Part shown: positions 54,118 to 64,000 of the stretch, one piece after another
Layout of the letters: every line of letters begins with the position of its first letter
Position numbering within the stretch: the stretch's first letter is position 1
Origin: Deinococcus sp.
GTDB lineage: Bacteria; Deinococcota; Deinococci; Deinococcales; Deinococcaceae
Assembly (NCBI GenBank): GCA_965261005.1
Contig: OZ253375.1
Location: 2,688,001 to 2,752,000 of the forward strand
Length of the DNA: 64,000 nt
Reading direction: 5' to 3'
Translations under genes and position numbers: made by a program
The notes under the pieces: model-generated
What the model saw: the letters and a program-made list of their open reading frames with translations, nothing else
What the model was told of the DNA's origin: nothing
Databases searched by the model: none

Positions 54118-54145
54118 AAAGGGCGCGGCAGCTGCCGCGCCCTTT
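54118..54145. terminator. Bidirectional terminator between the toxin island and tRNA-Arg
   Basis: Perfect 28-bp palindrome AAAGGGCGCGGCAGCTGCCGCGCCCTTT. Confidence 0.8.
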
Positions 54146-54222
54146 TGGTGCGCCCGACTGGAATCGAACCAGTGGCCTAAGGCTTAGGAGTCCTCCGCTC
54201 TATCCAACTGAGCTACGGGCGC
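54146..54222 (-). tRNA. tRNA-Arg(CCT)
   Basis: GCGCCCGTAGCTCAGTTGGATAGAGC...loop CTCCTAA...GGTTCGATTCC...GGGCGCACCA. Confidence 0.95.
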
Positions 54223-54286
54223 ACGGTGCCAGATCACACAGGGCCGAAGTATAGACCAAAACTGGCCCGAAAGGTCATCCCTGTTA

Positions 54287-54303
54287 TTATGTTTTGAGCA
54301 GAA
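54287..54303 (+). promoter_or_regulatory. RDRM-like (DdrO operator) site upstream of ddrC
   Basis: 17-mer TTATGTTTTGAGCAGAA fits the RDRM pattern as recalled. Confidence 0.75.
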
Positions 54304-54348
54304 TATGACATAGTGATTTCTATGGAGAGCGCTCGTCAGGAGGTCGGT

Positions 54349-55017
54349 ATGCAGGCGGTTTCATTCACAAAATTCGGCCGGCACGCCGTCCGCACCACCC
54401 CAGACGGGCGCCTGAACGCCGCCGACGCGCTGAAGGCTTTGGGGGCCGTCAAGCACGATATAGGCGAGGGCGCCGGCCACTTCGACTTCGGCGAGGGACC
54501 GGAAGTGACGCTCACCCACGCCCAGTTCGCGGCCCTGAGCTTCGCCCTGGGGACGCCCGAGGCGCGGCGCTGGCGGGCGCGGGCGGCGGAGTTGCTGGGG
54601 CGCTACCTGGAGGGGGACGTGCGCCTCGCCGCCGAAATCGCCGAGCGCAATCCCGACGCCGACAAGCGCAGGTGGCTGAGCGCCCGCTTGGAGAGCGTAG
54701 AGGCGCGCAAGAGATTCATGAGCACCGTCGCCAAGCACGGCGGTGAGGGCACGGTCTTTCAACAGGTCAGCTCGCTCTCCAACCGCAGCGTCCTCAATAT
54801 GAACTCGGCCGCCTTCCGGCGCGAGCGCGGCGTGCGCGACACCCGCGACGGCATGACCGCCAGCGAGCTGATGCGCCTGACCTACCTGGAAACTGCGAGT
54901 GCCCGCGCCATCGAGGCCCACGGGGCGCGCGGCAACGACCAGATTCTCAGGCTGCACCAAAGAAACGCCGACAACGAGCGCAAGGTCTGGGAAGGGGCGC
55001 TGGGCCAAGCGTCGTAA
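54349..55017 (+). CDS. ddrC: DNA damage response protein C
   Basis: DFGEGPE, ALGTPEARRW, GDVRLAAEIAERNP, RRWLSARLES, HGGEG, ERGVRDTRDG, ARGNDQIL match Deinococcus DdrC; SD AGGAGGT. Confidence 0.9.
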   Translation: MQAVSFTKFGRHAVRTTPDGRLNAADALKALGAVKHDIGEGAGHFDFGEGPEVTLTHAQFAALSFALGTPEARRWRARAAELLGRYLEGDVRLAAEIAERNPDADKRRWLSARLESVEARKRFMSTVAKHGGEGTVFQQVSSLSNRSVLNMNSAAFRRERGVRDTRDGMTASELMRLTYLETASARAIEAHGARGNDQILRLHQRNADNERKVWEGALGQAS

Positions 55018-55031
55018 GTTCGGGCAAGTGC

Positions 55032-55056
55032 GTAGGGGCGGGTTTCAAACCCGCCC
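55032..55056 (+). repeat. GTAG-type REP-like hairpin
   Basis: GTAG-GGGCGGGTTT-C-AAACCCGCCC. Confidence 0.55.
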
Positions 55057-55112
55057 TTCTCTTGACCACCCATTGCCCGCCCCCACGCGCCGTTTCCCAT
55101 TACCCTGTTCGC

Positions 55113-56066
55113 GTGCCCACCCTCGCCCTGATCCACACCGGCGGCACCATCGCCTCCAGGCCCGACCCCGCCGGCCACGTCATTCCGCAAGAAGCGCCGC
55201 AGCTGGACGGTTTGCCGGGGGTGAAGGTACGCGTGCTGGAGCCGTTTCAATTGCCCAGCCCGCACGTTCGCCTGTCGCATATGGAAACGTTGCGAGAGCT
55301 GATCGGCGGCCTCTCCGGCGTAGATGGCCCTCATGTGGATGGAGCGGTCGTCACCCACGGCACCGACACGCTGGAGGAGACCGCCTTTTTCCTGCACCTG
55401 ACGCTGAACGCGCCCTTTCCGGTGGTGCTCACCGGCTCAATGCGCCACGCGGGGGACCTGTCCTGGGACGGCCCTGGCAACCTGCGCGACGCGGCGACCG
55501 TCGCGCTCAGTCCGCAGAGCGCTGGGCGCGGGCCGCTGGTTGTCTTCGGCGGCGACGTGTTTGGCGCGCGCAGCGTGACCAAGATTCACACCACCGCCCC
55601 CGGGGCCTTCGGCGGCTATCCCGGCCCCATCGGGCGGGTGGACGGGGACGCCGTGCGCTTCTTCGCCCGGCCCGAGGCGCGCCCGCTGTTCCGTCCCCAA
55701 AACTTGAACGCCAAGGTCGAGATCCTGTACGCCTACGCCGGCTGGCAGGGGGAGGGCTTTCTGGAGGCCCAGGCCCGCGCGGATGGCCTGGTCATCGCCG
55801 CCCTCGGCACCGGCAACTTGCCGCCCGAGCTGCTGCCCCTGATCGCGGCGAGCGGCAGGCCGGTGGTGATCGCCACCCGCACCCACGCCGGCCCGGTGCT
55901 GCCCATCTACGGCTACCCCGGCGGCGGCGCCACCTTGGTCGCCGCCGGCGCCATTCCCGCCTCCTTTCTGAACGCCCACAAGGCGCGCATCCTGTTGGTG
56001 GTGCTGCTCGGCTCGGGCTTGAGCGGGGGAGAGATTCGGGCGGTGTTTGAGGCGGGGGCGTTTTGA
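55113..56066 (+). CDS. L-asparaginase (cytoplasmic type)
   Basis: IHTGGTIAS, VTHGTDTLEETA, LTGSMR, DGPGNL; GTG 6 nt after TACCCT. Confidence 0.92.
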   Translation: MPTLALIHTGGTIASRPDPAGHVIPQEAPQLDGLPGVKVRVLEPFQLPSPHVRLSHMETLRELIGGLSGVDGPHVDGAVVTHGTDTLEETAFFLHLTLNAPFPVVLTGSMRHAGDLSWDGPGNLRDAATVALSPQSAGRGPLVVFGGDVFGARSVTKIHTTAPGAFGGYPGPIGRVDGDAVRFFARPEARPLFRPQNLNAKVEILYAYAGWQGEGFLEAQARADGLVIAALGTGNLPPELLPLIAASGRPVVIATRTHAGPVLPIYGYPGGGATLVAAGAIPASFLNAHKARILLVVLLGSGLSGGEIRAVFEAGAF

Positions 56067-56199
56067 TAAGCTCGCGGCACGGCGGTCTTCTTGGAGGTTC
56101 AGGGTGGCGATCAGGATTTCGGTTTCGCGGGGTGGTTCGCACCCCTCTTCCAGCCCAGTTCGCGTTCTGCACAACCTGCTGCGTCCGAGGCAAGGCGTG

Positions 56200-56577
56200 G
56201 GCAAGCGGGAAATCCCCTCGCCCCTGATTCCGGCCAACACGAGAAAGCTGCTCTACTTCAGAAACAAGGGCTGCGTCGCGTGCGGCATCATTAATATGCA
56301 GATCGTGTGGTTCTGTAGGAACAAGGGTCTCAAGCTGGTCATCGTTGACCGCTGGCCGCACGAGGGCGTGCCAATCCAGAACACCCCTTACGTTGACGAT
56401 CTGGGAAACGTGCTGGACGCGGACGGCAGCATCAACGACGCCTACAACGTCGCCGTTTACCCCACCTTCGTCTACGTGGACGAGTCGGGGAAAGTTCAGA
56501 ACCGGCAGGCCGGCATCAGCAAGCGGGATTCGGGGGCCGTCGAGCCGTTTCTTGAGAAGTTCATCGCGTCAGTTTGA
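56200..56577 (+). CDS. Thioredoxin-fold (TlpA-like) ORF, start uncertain, possibly a fragment
   Basis: LLYFRNKGCVAC (CxxC), LDADGSINDAYNVAVYPTFVYVDESGKV. Confidence 0.5.
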   Translation, partial: GKREIPSPLIPANTRKLLYFRNKGCVACGIINMQIVWFCRNKGLKLVIVDRWPHEGVPIQNTPYVDDLGNVLDADGSINDAYNVAVYPTFVYVDESGKVQNRQAGISKRDSGAVEPFLEKFIASV

Positions 56578-56580
56578 TCT

Positions 56581-57302
56581 TTATTCCCGCCCCCAGGCCT
56601 CCAGCAGCGCGACCACCTCGGCCGGGCCGTCCAAGCGGTGCGGCGCCCGCGTGTCGCCCCCGCCGACCTTGACGGCCGCGCCGCCGAGGTCGAGGGCGGC
56701 CTCGAAGCCCTCCTCGTCGGTCACGTCGTCGCCGAGGAAGACCGGCAGCAGACCGGGGTGCTCTTCCGCGAGGCGCCGCAGCGCCCGCCCCTTGCCGAAG
56801 CCGGCCGGCCGGAACTCGCGCACCATCTTGCCGGCCACGGCTTCCCAGCCCTGGGGAAGCTGAATGCCAGCCAGCCGCGCCTCAACCTCTTCTTTTTCAA
56901 GGTCGGCCACCTCGCGGTAGTGGACCGCCAGGGTCGCGCCCTTGTCTTCCAGCCGCAAACCCGCTGCCTGCGGCAATTGGGCCAGCAGGTTCTCGATCAC
57001 GTCCCGCTCCGCCACCCTTTCTGCCTCGCCGGGCCACTGCATGCCGTGCAGACCGACCACGTGCAGGTCCGGCAACTTTAAAAAGCCCCGCACCTCCCCC
57101 GCCCGCCGGCCCGAAAGCACGGCCAATTCTCGGCCGGGGCGGGCTTGGAGCTTCGCCAGCGCTTCGGGCGCCCCGCTTTCGGGCACGGCGTCCTCAGGCC
57201 GGGTCACAATGGGGGCCAGGGTGCCGTCGTAGTCGCACACGATCAGCAGGGCCAGCTGTCCCAGCGCGAGCAGCCCCTGCGGCAGAAACTGATCTCTCAA
57301 AC

Positions 57303-57306
<4 letters not shown>
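56581..57306 (-). CDS. otsB: Trehalose-6-phosphate phosphatase
   Basis: CDYDGTLAPI, LEDKG, FLGDDVTDEEGF. Confidence 0.92.
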
Positions 57307-58682
<1,376 letters not shown>

Positions 58683-58729
58683 GCGGGTGTCCTCGCGCAC
58701 GTTCTCGCAGAAAAGTCGCTCATGTCCGG

Positions 58730-59128
58730 TCACTCTACCGTCTGCGGCCGGCTTTCCAGCACCACCACGGCCGAGGCGTGTTCCTTGGTGTGGGTCAGCG
58801 TGACGTGGGCGGTCCAGCCGCGTTCACGCAACTCGGCCTCGATCCTCGGCGCGAAGCCCAGCAGCGGCGGCGCGTAGGGAAACGGCCCGTCCGGCGTCCG
58901 TTCGCGGCGTACCCACACGTCCTGCCAACCGTGCGGGCGCGGCCACACCTTTTGAAAGGCCTCCTTGGCCGCAAAACGCACCGCCAGCGAGGGTGCCGGG
59001 TCGGCCAAGTTCAGGCAATACTCGATCTCGGCGGGGGCGAACAGCCGCAGAAAGTGCTCCCCCTCGCGGGCGTACACCGCCCGAATGCGCCCAATCTCGA
59101 TCAGGTCGTGGCCGATGGCGACGATCAT
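58730..59128 (-). CDS. acpS: Holo-ACP synthase
   Basis: [29 protein letters not shown]. Confidence 0.9.
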   Translation of the reverse strand: MIVAIGHDLIEIGRIRAVYAREGEHFLRLFAPAEIEYCLNLADPAPSLAVRFAAKEAFQKVWPRPHGWQDVWVRRERTPDGPFPYAPPLLGFAPRIEAELRERGWTAHVTLTHTKEHASAVVVLESRPQTVE

Positions 59129-59163
59129 GCGGGCATTCTGGCACGCTTGGCTATCATGTCCCC

Positions 59164-59868
59164 ATGAAGCTCGAAGAGGCCGCCGCCCTGCTGCTGCACC
59201 GCGCCGATTGGGACGACGGCTCGCTGGACGACGTGGCCGTCTTCGGCAGCGTGGCGCGCGGCCAAGCGAAGGCGGAGAGCGACGTGGACTTCGTGCTCAC
59301 CTTCAACCGGCCGGTGGGCCTGCTGCACCTGGTCCGCTGCAAGCTCGCCTTCGAGGAGATTCTGGAACGTCGGGTGGACGTGGTGACGCCGCACGGTTTA
59401 AAGAGCGGCCTCCGGGAAGAGGTGCTGGAGGACGCCGTCAGCGTGCTGGGCGACCTGCCCCGGCCGGGGGGGCAAGCGCGCCGCAAACGCTGGCGCTGGC
59501 GCCTGGGGGAGCTGCTGGCCGCCCTGGAGAGGACCCAGCGCTACACCGAGGGGCTGGACTACGCGGCGTTTATGGCGCGCGAGCTGGTCCGCGACGCCGC
59601 GCTGCACAACCTGCTGCTGGCCGGCGAGAACGTCAACTACCTGCCGCCCGACCTCAAGCTGCTGTGGCCCGAGCTGCCGTGGGAGGAACTGCACCAAATG
59701 CGCCACCTGATCGCCCACGAGTACTTCGGCCTGGACCTGGAGTTGGTGTGGCAGACCATCCGCGCCGAGGTCCCACCCCTGCTGCCCCCGCTGAGGGCCG
59801 CGCTGGACGTGCAGACCAAGGAGCTTGACCGCCGAGACCGCCCGCCCGAACGACCAGAGCTTATATAA
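59164..59868 (+). CDS. Fused MNT nucleotidyltransferase-HEPN (DUF86/HepT) protein
   Basis: [16 protein letters not shown] (MNT); [20 protein letters not shown] (RxxxxH-Y HEPN). Confidence 0.88.
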   Translation: MKLEEAAALLLHRADWDDGSLDDVAVFGSVARGQAKAESDVDFVLTFNRPVGLLHLVRCKLAFEEILERRVDVVTPHGLKSGLREEVLEDAVSVLGDLPRPGGQARRKRWRWRLGELLAALERTQRYTEGLDYAAFMARELVRDAALHNLLLAGENVNYLPPDLKLLWPELPWEELHQMRHLIAHEYFGLDLELVWQTIRAEVPPLLPPLRAALDVQTKELDRRDRPPERPELI

Positions 59869-59900
59869 CGCTTTACTTATATAGCAGAATCTGTTATATT
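59862..59900 (+). promoter_or_regulatory. Promoter with inverted-repeat operator for the ArsR-SRPBCC operon
   Basis: ATATAGCAG-AAT-CTGTTATAT (59879-59899) overlapping TTTACT, 17 bp, TATATT. Confidence 0.6.
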
Positions 59901-59906
59901 GCTAGT

Positions 59907-60245
59907 GTGGACGTTTTCGACGCGCTCGCGGACCCGACCCGCCGGCGGCTGCTCGAACTGCTCGCCGAGCGGGAGCGCAGCGTGGGCGAGTTAACGCGGG
60001 CGTTTCCAGACCTCACGCAGCCCGCCGTCTCGCGTCACCTGCGGGTGCTGCGCGAGGGACGGCTGGTGCGATCGCGGTCGCGGGGAACGAGCCGGCTCTA
60101 CAGCCTCGCGCCGGACGGCTTTGCCGACGTTCAAGGCTGGGTGACGCAGGTCAGCCGCTTCTGGACCGGCAAGCTCGACGCCCTCGAAGCCCACCTCACC
60201 GCCCCAGTTGCGCAGGAGAGTGGAGATTCAAAGGAGGACATATGA
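59907..60245 (+). CDS. ArsR/SmtB-family regulator
   Basis: FDALADPTRRRLL, QPAVSRHLRVLREG. Confidence 0.92.
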   Translation: MDVFDALADPTRRRLLELLAERERSVGELTRAFPDLTQPAVSRHLRVLREGRLVRSRSRGTSRLYSLAPDGFADVQGWVTQVSRFWTGKLDALEAHLTAPVAQESGDSKEDI

Positions 60246-60748
60246 CCCAAGGTAGCATCACCAAAGAAGCGGAGAGCTACAATGTGACCTTCGACCGCCG
60301 CTTTAGCGCGCCCATAGAACGGGTGTGGGCCGCCCTGACCGAGCCGGCACAGCTCTCGGCGTGGCTTGCCAGCGCGACGGTCACGCCGGGCGTGGGCGGG
60401 CGGATTGAGCTGCGCTTAGGTGCGGACGAGCAGGACGCGAGCGGGCATTGTCGGGGCACCATTCTGGTCTGGAACCCGCCGCACGCGCTGGAGTACGAGT
60501 GGAACTTTCCCGGCGAGGACGCCACCGTCGTCCGTTGGGACCTGAGCGAACAGGGGACGGGGACGCGCCTGCGCCTCACGGAACGCCGCCTCGGCCCGGA
60601 TCAAGCCTTGCAGTATGGCCCCGGCTGGCACGCGCACCTCGACGGCTTGGGCGCCTTTTTGGAACACCGCGCCATCGACAACTTGAGGGCGCGGTTTGCC
60701 GCGGCGCGCCCGCTCTACCGCTTGCCCGACGACCCGGTGAACAAATAG
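60242..60748 (+). CDS. SRPBCC/AHSA1-family protein
   Basis: APIERVWAALTEP..L.AW, GW..HLD.L. Confidence 0.88.
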   Translation: MTQGSITKEAESYNVTFDRRFSAPIERVWAALTEPAQLSAWLASATVTPGVGGRIELRLGADEQDASGHCRGTILVWNPPHALEYEWNFPGEDATVVRWDLSEQGTGTRLRLTERRLGPDQALQYGPGWHAHLDGLGAFLEHRAIDNLRARFAAARPLYRLPDDPVNK

Positions 60749-60796
60749 ACGGCCGGCGACCGCTACGGCCACCGGCTCACTTGAAAAAAAGCTGTC

Positions 60797-61405
60797 TCAG
60801 CCCTTGAGCTTGTCCGAGACCATCACCAAGCGGCGCGCTTGGTAGCGAATCGCTTCCAGCACGGCGTCGCTGAGGCCCTCGCCGCCCTCGCCGGTCGTGA
60901 CGCTGACGCCGTAGGGGTTGCCGCCCGCCGCGAACACGCTCTGGTCGGTGTAGCCGGGGGGCACCAAAATGCAGCCCCAGTGCATAAAGGTGACGTAGAG
61001 GGCCTGCAAGGTGGTTTCCTGGCCGCCATGTACGCTCTGCGCGCTGGTCATGGCGCTGGCGACCTTGCCCGCGAGCTTGCCCTGGTACCACAAACCGCCG
61101 GTCGTATCTATGAACGAGCGGATTTGCGAGGCCGGCGAGCCGTAGCGCGTGGGCGTGCTGAACAGGTAGGCGTCGGCCCACTCTAAGTCGTCCAGGCTCG
61201 CTTCGGGCACGTCCCTCGTGTTCTCGACGTGCTCGGCCCAAGGTCCCTGGCTTTGCACGACCTCGGGTGGCGCGGTCTCGCGCACCTTGCGCACGCGCAC
61301 CTCGGCCCCGGCCTGCTGCGCGGCCTCGGCGGCGGTTTGCGCCATCTGGTAGTCGGTGCCGTAGGTGCTGTAGTAGATGATCGCCAATTTGGTGGGGTCA
61401 GCCAT
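60797..61405 (-). CDS. wrbA: NAD(P)H:quinone oxidoreductase WrbA
   Basis: [26 protein letters not shown]. Confidence 0.9.
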   Translation of the reverse strand: MADPTKLAIIYYSTYGTDYQMAQTAAEAAQQAGAEVRVRKVRETAPPEVVQSQGPWAEHVENTRDVPEASLDDLEWADAYLFSTPTRYGSPASQIRSFIDTTGGLWYQGKLAGKVASAMTSAQSVHGGQETTLQALYVTFMHWGCILVPPGYTDQSVFAAGGNPYGVSVTTGEGGEGLSDAVLEAIRYQARRLVMVSDKLKG

Positions 61406-61495
61406 GCCCAGAGGGTACACCGGCTATGGAAAACATACCAATATGTTTGACAAACATTAAGGTATCCTGAAGTAGAGGGACGCGAGACGGACTTA

Positions 61496-61606
61496 TCACT
61501 TGAGCACGCCCGCCCACAGCAGCAGCAGGTAGATCAGCACCGGCACGGCGAGGGCGCCCGCCGTCAGTTTCAAGAGGCGCCACCAATAGTCGAGCCATTC
61601 GGGCAT
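61496..61606 (-). CDS. Small membrane protein (36 aa)
   Basis: [42 protein letters not shown] 6 nt before ATG. Confidence 0.55.
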   Translation of the reverse strand: MPEWLDYWWRLLKLTAGALAVPVLIYLLLLWAGVLK

Positions 61607-61681
61607 GAGAAAAAGGTACAGACCGAGAGCCAAGAAGTCTGGGGGTCCCGGCCCATTGACATGCAAGCCACGCGCTTGGAT

Positions 61682-62101
61682 TCAGAGAAACACGCCGGGA
61701 TTCACCCTGAAGTAGTCGCCGAGCTTACGGGCGTGTTCCGCCGTGAAAGCGCGTCCACCACGCAACAGCTTGGACAGATTCCCCTGCGGGATGCCAGTGC
61801 CTGCCTCGACCTGCTTTTGGGTTACACCTCGCTGTTCCAGCAAGAAGGCGAGCATCTCGGCGGGCGTCGCGTCGGACATGGGGTGGTTGCGTATCTCGTA
61901 CGCCTGCACAAGTTCGATCAGGAACTGCATCAGGGGGCCGAGGGGATGGTTCGGGTCCTCGCCCACCTCGTTCCAAATGGGTTCGAGGAACGCGAGGGCG
62001 CGCGCATGCTGCTCATCGTTTTCGATGGGCACGCTGAACGGAAGCTGGGCACTCAGGTCTTGCCAGCTGTCTGTCAACCGGGAAAGGTCAGTTGTTGTCA
62101 T
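61682..62101 (-). CDS. higA: HigA-type HTH antitoxin
   Basis: PIENDEQH..AL, LIELVQAYE, C-terminal HTH TQKQVEAGTGIPQGNLSKLLRG. Confidence 0.82.
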   Translation of the reverse strand: MTTTDLSRLTDSWQDLSAQLPFSVPIENDEQHARALAFLEPIWNEVGEDPNHPLGPLMQFLIELVQAYEIRNHPMSDATPAEMLAFLLEQRGVTQKQVEAGTGIPQGNLSKLLRGGRAFTAEHARKLGDYFRVNPGVFL

Positions 62102-62180
62102 CTCTATCCAACACACTCCATGCGCCTTGGTGAGTTTCGGCCGGCTGTTCGCGGTCCGGCGCTTTAAGGGAATTGCTGGT

Positions 62181-62468
62181 TCACGGCTTCCAGGCGTCGT
62201 ATTCTTTGTGGGTAAGGACGCCCTTCACCCACAAGGTGCGGAATTGAAAGCTAGCGGTCACGATGAGGCGATATTTATTGCCGCCAATGTCAAAGACGAT
62301 GTGACCTTTGACCCAGTCGGCACTTCCAAAGTCGGCACGTACATCGGCGAACGATACATACGTGGAGCCACGCACGCGCTTGTACCAGGCCTTGAGCGGA
62401 GCTTCTGCTTCGGGGTGCTGTACCGAGAACGCTTGTAAGGCCTTGAAGGATATAACGTTCATCGGCAC
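62181..62468 (-). CDS. higB: HigB-type toxin (RelE superfamily)
   Basis: PLKAWYK, FGSADWV, VFDIGGNKYRLI, LTHKEYD; start is GTG 62468 or ATG 62462. Confidence 0.88.
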   Translation of the reverse strand: MPMNVISFKALQAFSVQHPEAEAPLKAWYKRVRGSTYVSFADVRADFGSADWVKGHIVFDIGGNKYRLIVTASFQFRTLWVKGVLTHKEYDAWKP

Positions 62469-62473
62469 GACTA

Positions 62474-62502
62474 ATTATATCAATGTGACATAATAAAATC
62501 AA
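62474..62502 (-). promoter_or_regulatory. higBA promoter with palindromic operator
   Basis: Minus strand TTGATT, 17 bp, TATAAT; inverted repeat TTATGTCA-CAT-TGATATAA covers the spacer and -10. Confidence 0.7.
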
Positions 62503-62594
62503 CGCGATATAGCTCTATGCTCGGTCGAGTAGTCGGGAAGATGGGGAGGCTCACAACCAAGGCAAATGCGAGGACTTGATCGCCCCTACCTTCC

Positions 62595-63236
62595 TCACCC
62601 CGCCCCCTTTGGCCCCTTCAAGCCGCTCTTGCCCTCGCGCGCTGCCAGCACCCGCGCCACGTCCCCCGGCGTCACGCCGACCTCCGCCAGGGCGAAGAGG
62701 GTGTGGAACAGCAGATCGGCTGTCTCGGTCGCCAGCTCGGCCTTGTCGCCGTTCTTGGCGGCCAGCAGGACCTCGCCCGACTCCTCGGCCACCTTTTTGA
62801 GCACCCGGTCGAGGCCGCCCGCGTGCAGCCGCGCCACGTAGCTGTTCTCGGGCAGGGTGTGCAAACGTTCCTGAATGGTGGTGTAGACCCGGCCCAGGAC
62901 GCCGTCCAAGTTCGTCTCTTCGCCCTCCAGCAGCGGGGTGTAAAAGCAGCTGCGCTCGCCGGTGTGGCAGGCGGGGCCGCTCTGCTCCACCTTGTACAGC
63001 GCGGCGTCCCCGTCGCAGTCGAGGGCCACGCCCACGACCCGCTGGGTGTGGCCGGAGGTCGCGCCCTTCACCCAGATCTCGCCGCGCGAGCGCGAGTAGT
63101 AGGTGCCCCGGCGCGTCTCCAGCGTGCGCGTCAGCGCCTCCTCGTTGGCCCAAGCCAACATCAGCACCTCGCCGCTGTGGGCGTCCTGCGCGATCACGGG
63201 AATCAGGCCGCGCTCGTCGAAGTGGGGTTCGCTCAC
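62595..63236 (-). CDS. hisIE: Bifunctional phosphoribosyl-AMP cyclohydrolase / phosphoribosyl-ATP pyrophosphatase
   Basis: [44 protein letters not shown], EtADLLFH. Confidence 0.95.
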   Translation of the reverse strand: MSEPHFDERGLIPVIAQDAHSGEVLMLAWANEEALTRTLETRRGTYYSRSRGEIWVKGATSGHTQRVVGVALDCDGDAALYKVEQSGPACHTGERSCFYTPLLEGEETNLDGVLGRVYTTIQERLHTLPENSYVARLHAGGLDRVLKKVAEESGEVLLAAKNGDKAELATETADLLFHTLFALAEVGVTPGDVARVLAAREGKSGLKGPKGAG

Positions 63237-63253
63237 GGCCTCACCGGTTTTAT

Positions 63254-64000
63254 TCACGGTCTCACCGGCACGCCGCGCGACCCCAGGTAGGTCTTCACGT
63301 CCGGCACGCTCAGGTCGCCGAAGTGAAAGACGCTGGCGGCCAAGGCGGCGTCGGCCTTGCCCTCGGTCAGCACGTCGTAGAAGTCCTCCAAGCTGCCCGC
63401 CCCGCCCGAGGCGACCACCGGCACATCCACCGCCTCCGCGACGGCGCGGGTGGCCGCGAGGTCGAAGCCTTGCCGGGTGCCGTCGGCGTCCATCACGTTC
63501 AGCACGATTTCGCCGGCGCCCAGCCGCTGGCCGCGCTCGACCCAGGCCAGCAAGTCGAGGCCGGTGTCCACCCGCCCGCCGCCCACGAAGACGTTCCAAT
63601 TCTCTCCCGTACTTCCCGAACTGCCAGGGCGCCGCTTGGCGTCCACCGAGAGCACCACGCACTGCGCCCCGAAGTGGTCCGAGGCGCGAAGCAAGAGGTC
63701 CGGGTCGCGCACCGCGCCCGAGTTCACGCTGATCTTGTCGGCGCCGGCCAGCAGCAGGGCGCGGAACTGCTCCACGCTGTCCACGCCGCCGCCCACCGTC
63801 AGCGGCATCATGACCTCCTCCGCCACCCGCGCGGCCACGTCCAGCATCAGGGCACGCCCTTCATGGGTGGCGGTGATGTCATAGAAGACCAGCTCGTCGG
63901 CGCGCTGGCGCTCGTAGCGTTGGGCCAGCGCCAGGGGGTCGCCAGCGTCTTTGTGGTCCTCGAAGAAACGGATGTTCTTGACCACCCGCCCGTTTTGCAC
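63254..64000 (-). CDS. hisF: Imidazole glycerol phosphate synthase subunit HisF (5' end outside the window)
   Basis: [43 protein letters not shown]. Confidence 0.96.
   Translation of the reverse strand: MQNGRVVKNIRFFEDHKDAGDPLALAQRYERQRADELVFYDITATHEGRALMLDVAARVAEEVMMPLTVGGGVDSVEQFRALLLAGADKISVNSGAVRDPDLLLRASDHFGAQCVVLSVDAKRRPGSSGSTGENWNVFVGGGRVDTGLDLLAWVERGQRLGAGEIVLNVMDADGTRQGFDLAATRAVAEAVDVPVVASGGAGSLEDFYDVLTEGKADAALAASVFHFGDLSVPDVKTYLGSRGVPVRP

Noticed and set aside
54118..54145. Perfect 28-bp palindrome as a recombination or operator site
   Set aside because: A GC stem with A/T flanks between convergent transcripts is adequately explained as a bidirectional terminator.
49800..54222. 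Integrase-mediated island with att repeats at tRNA-Arg (or at tRNA-Leu)
   Set aside because: No integrase and no convincing duplicate of either tRNA 3' end was found by eye; island status rests on gene content, composition and scars only.

Overview
High-GC chromosomal window from a Deinococcales (Deinococcus-like) bacterium. The taxonomy rests on the Deinococcus-type insert in L14, a ddrC gene with an RDRM-like site, pseudohelicase-type PriA, an SRE-like repeat and many apparently leaderless promoters. Core content: proA, hisA, the full str-S10-spc-alpha ribosomal cluster (9.9-29.7 kb), housekeeping genes (trxA, plsX, ftsH, murE, priA, trmB, otsAB, acpS, wrbA, hisIE, hisF) and two tRNAs (Leu-CAG, Arg-CCT). 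Mobile and accessory content: an intact IS4-family element with a 9-bp target duplication and two toxin-antitoxin modules (fused MNT-HEPN; higBA). The most interesting content is two tRNA-adjacent cassettes carrying accessory parts of extracellular contractile injection systems (eCIS), with no tail structural genes in the window. (i) 3.9-9.6 kb: a signal-less GH73 + C39-like multidomain protein, two signal-peptide proteins (candidate immunity) and an Afp15/Pvc15-like AAA+ ATPase. (ii) 50.4-54.1 kb: a YbjN-like chaperone, a DUF4157 polymorphic toxin interrupted by one in-frame TAG, and two candidate immunity genes. Also notable: a 40-codon uORF with a near-maximal Shine-Dalgarno whose stop overlaps the fusA start, and a tuf gene with mosaic codon usage. 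All family calls are motif recognition by eye; no searches were run.
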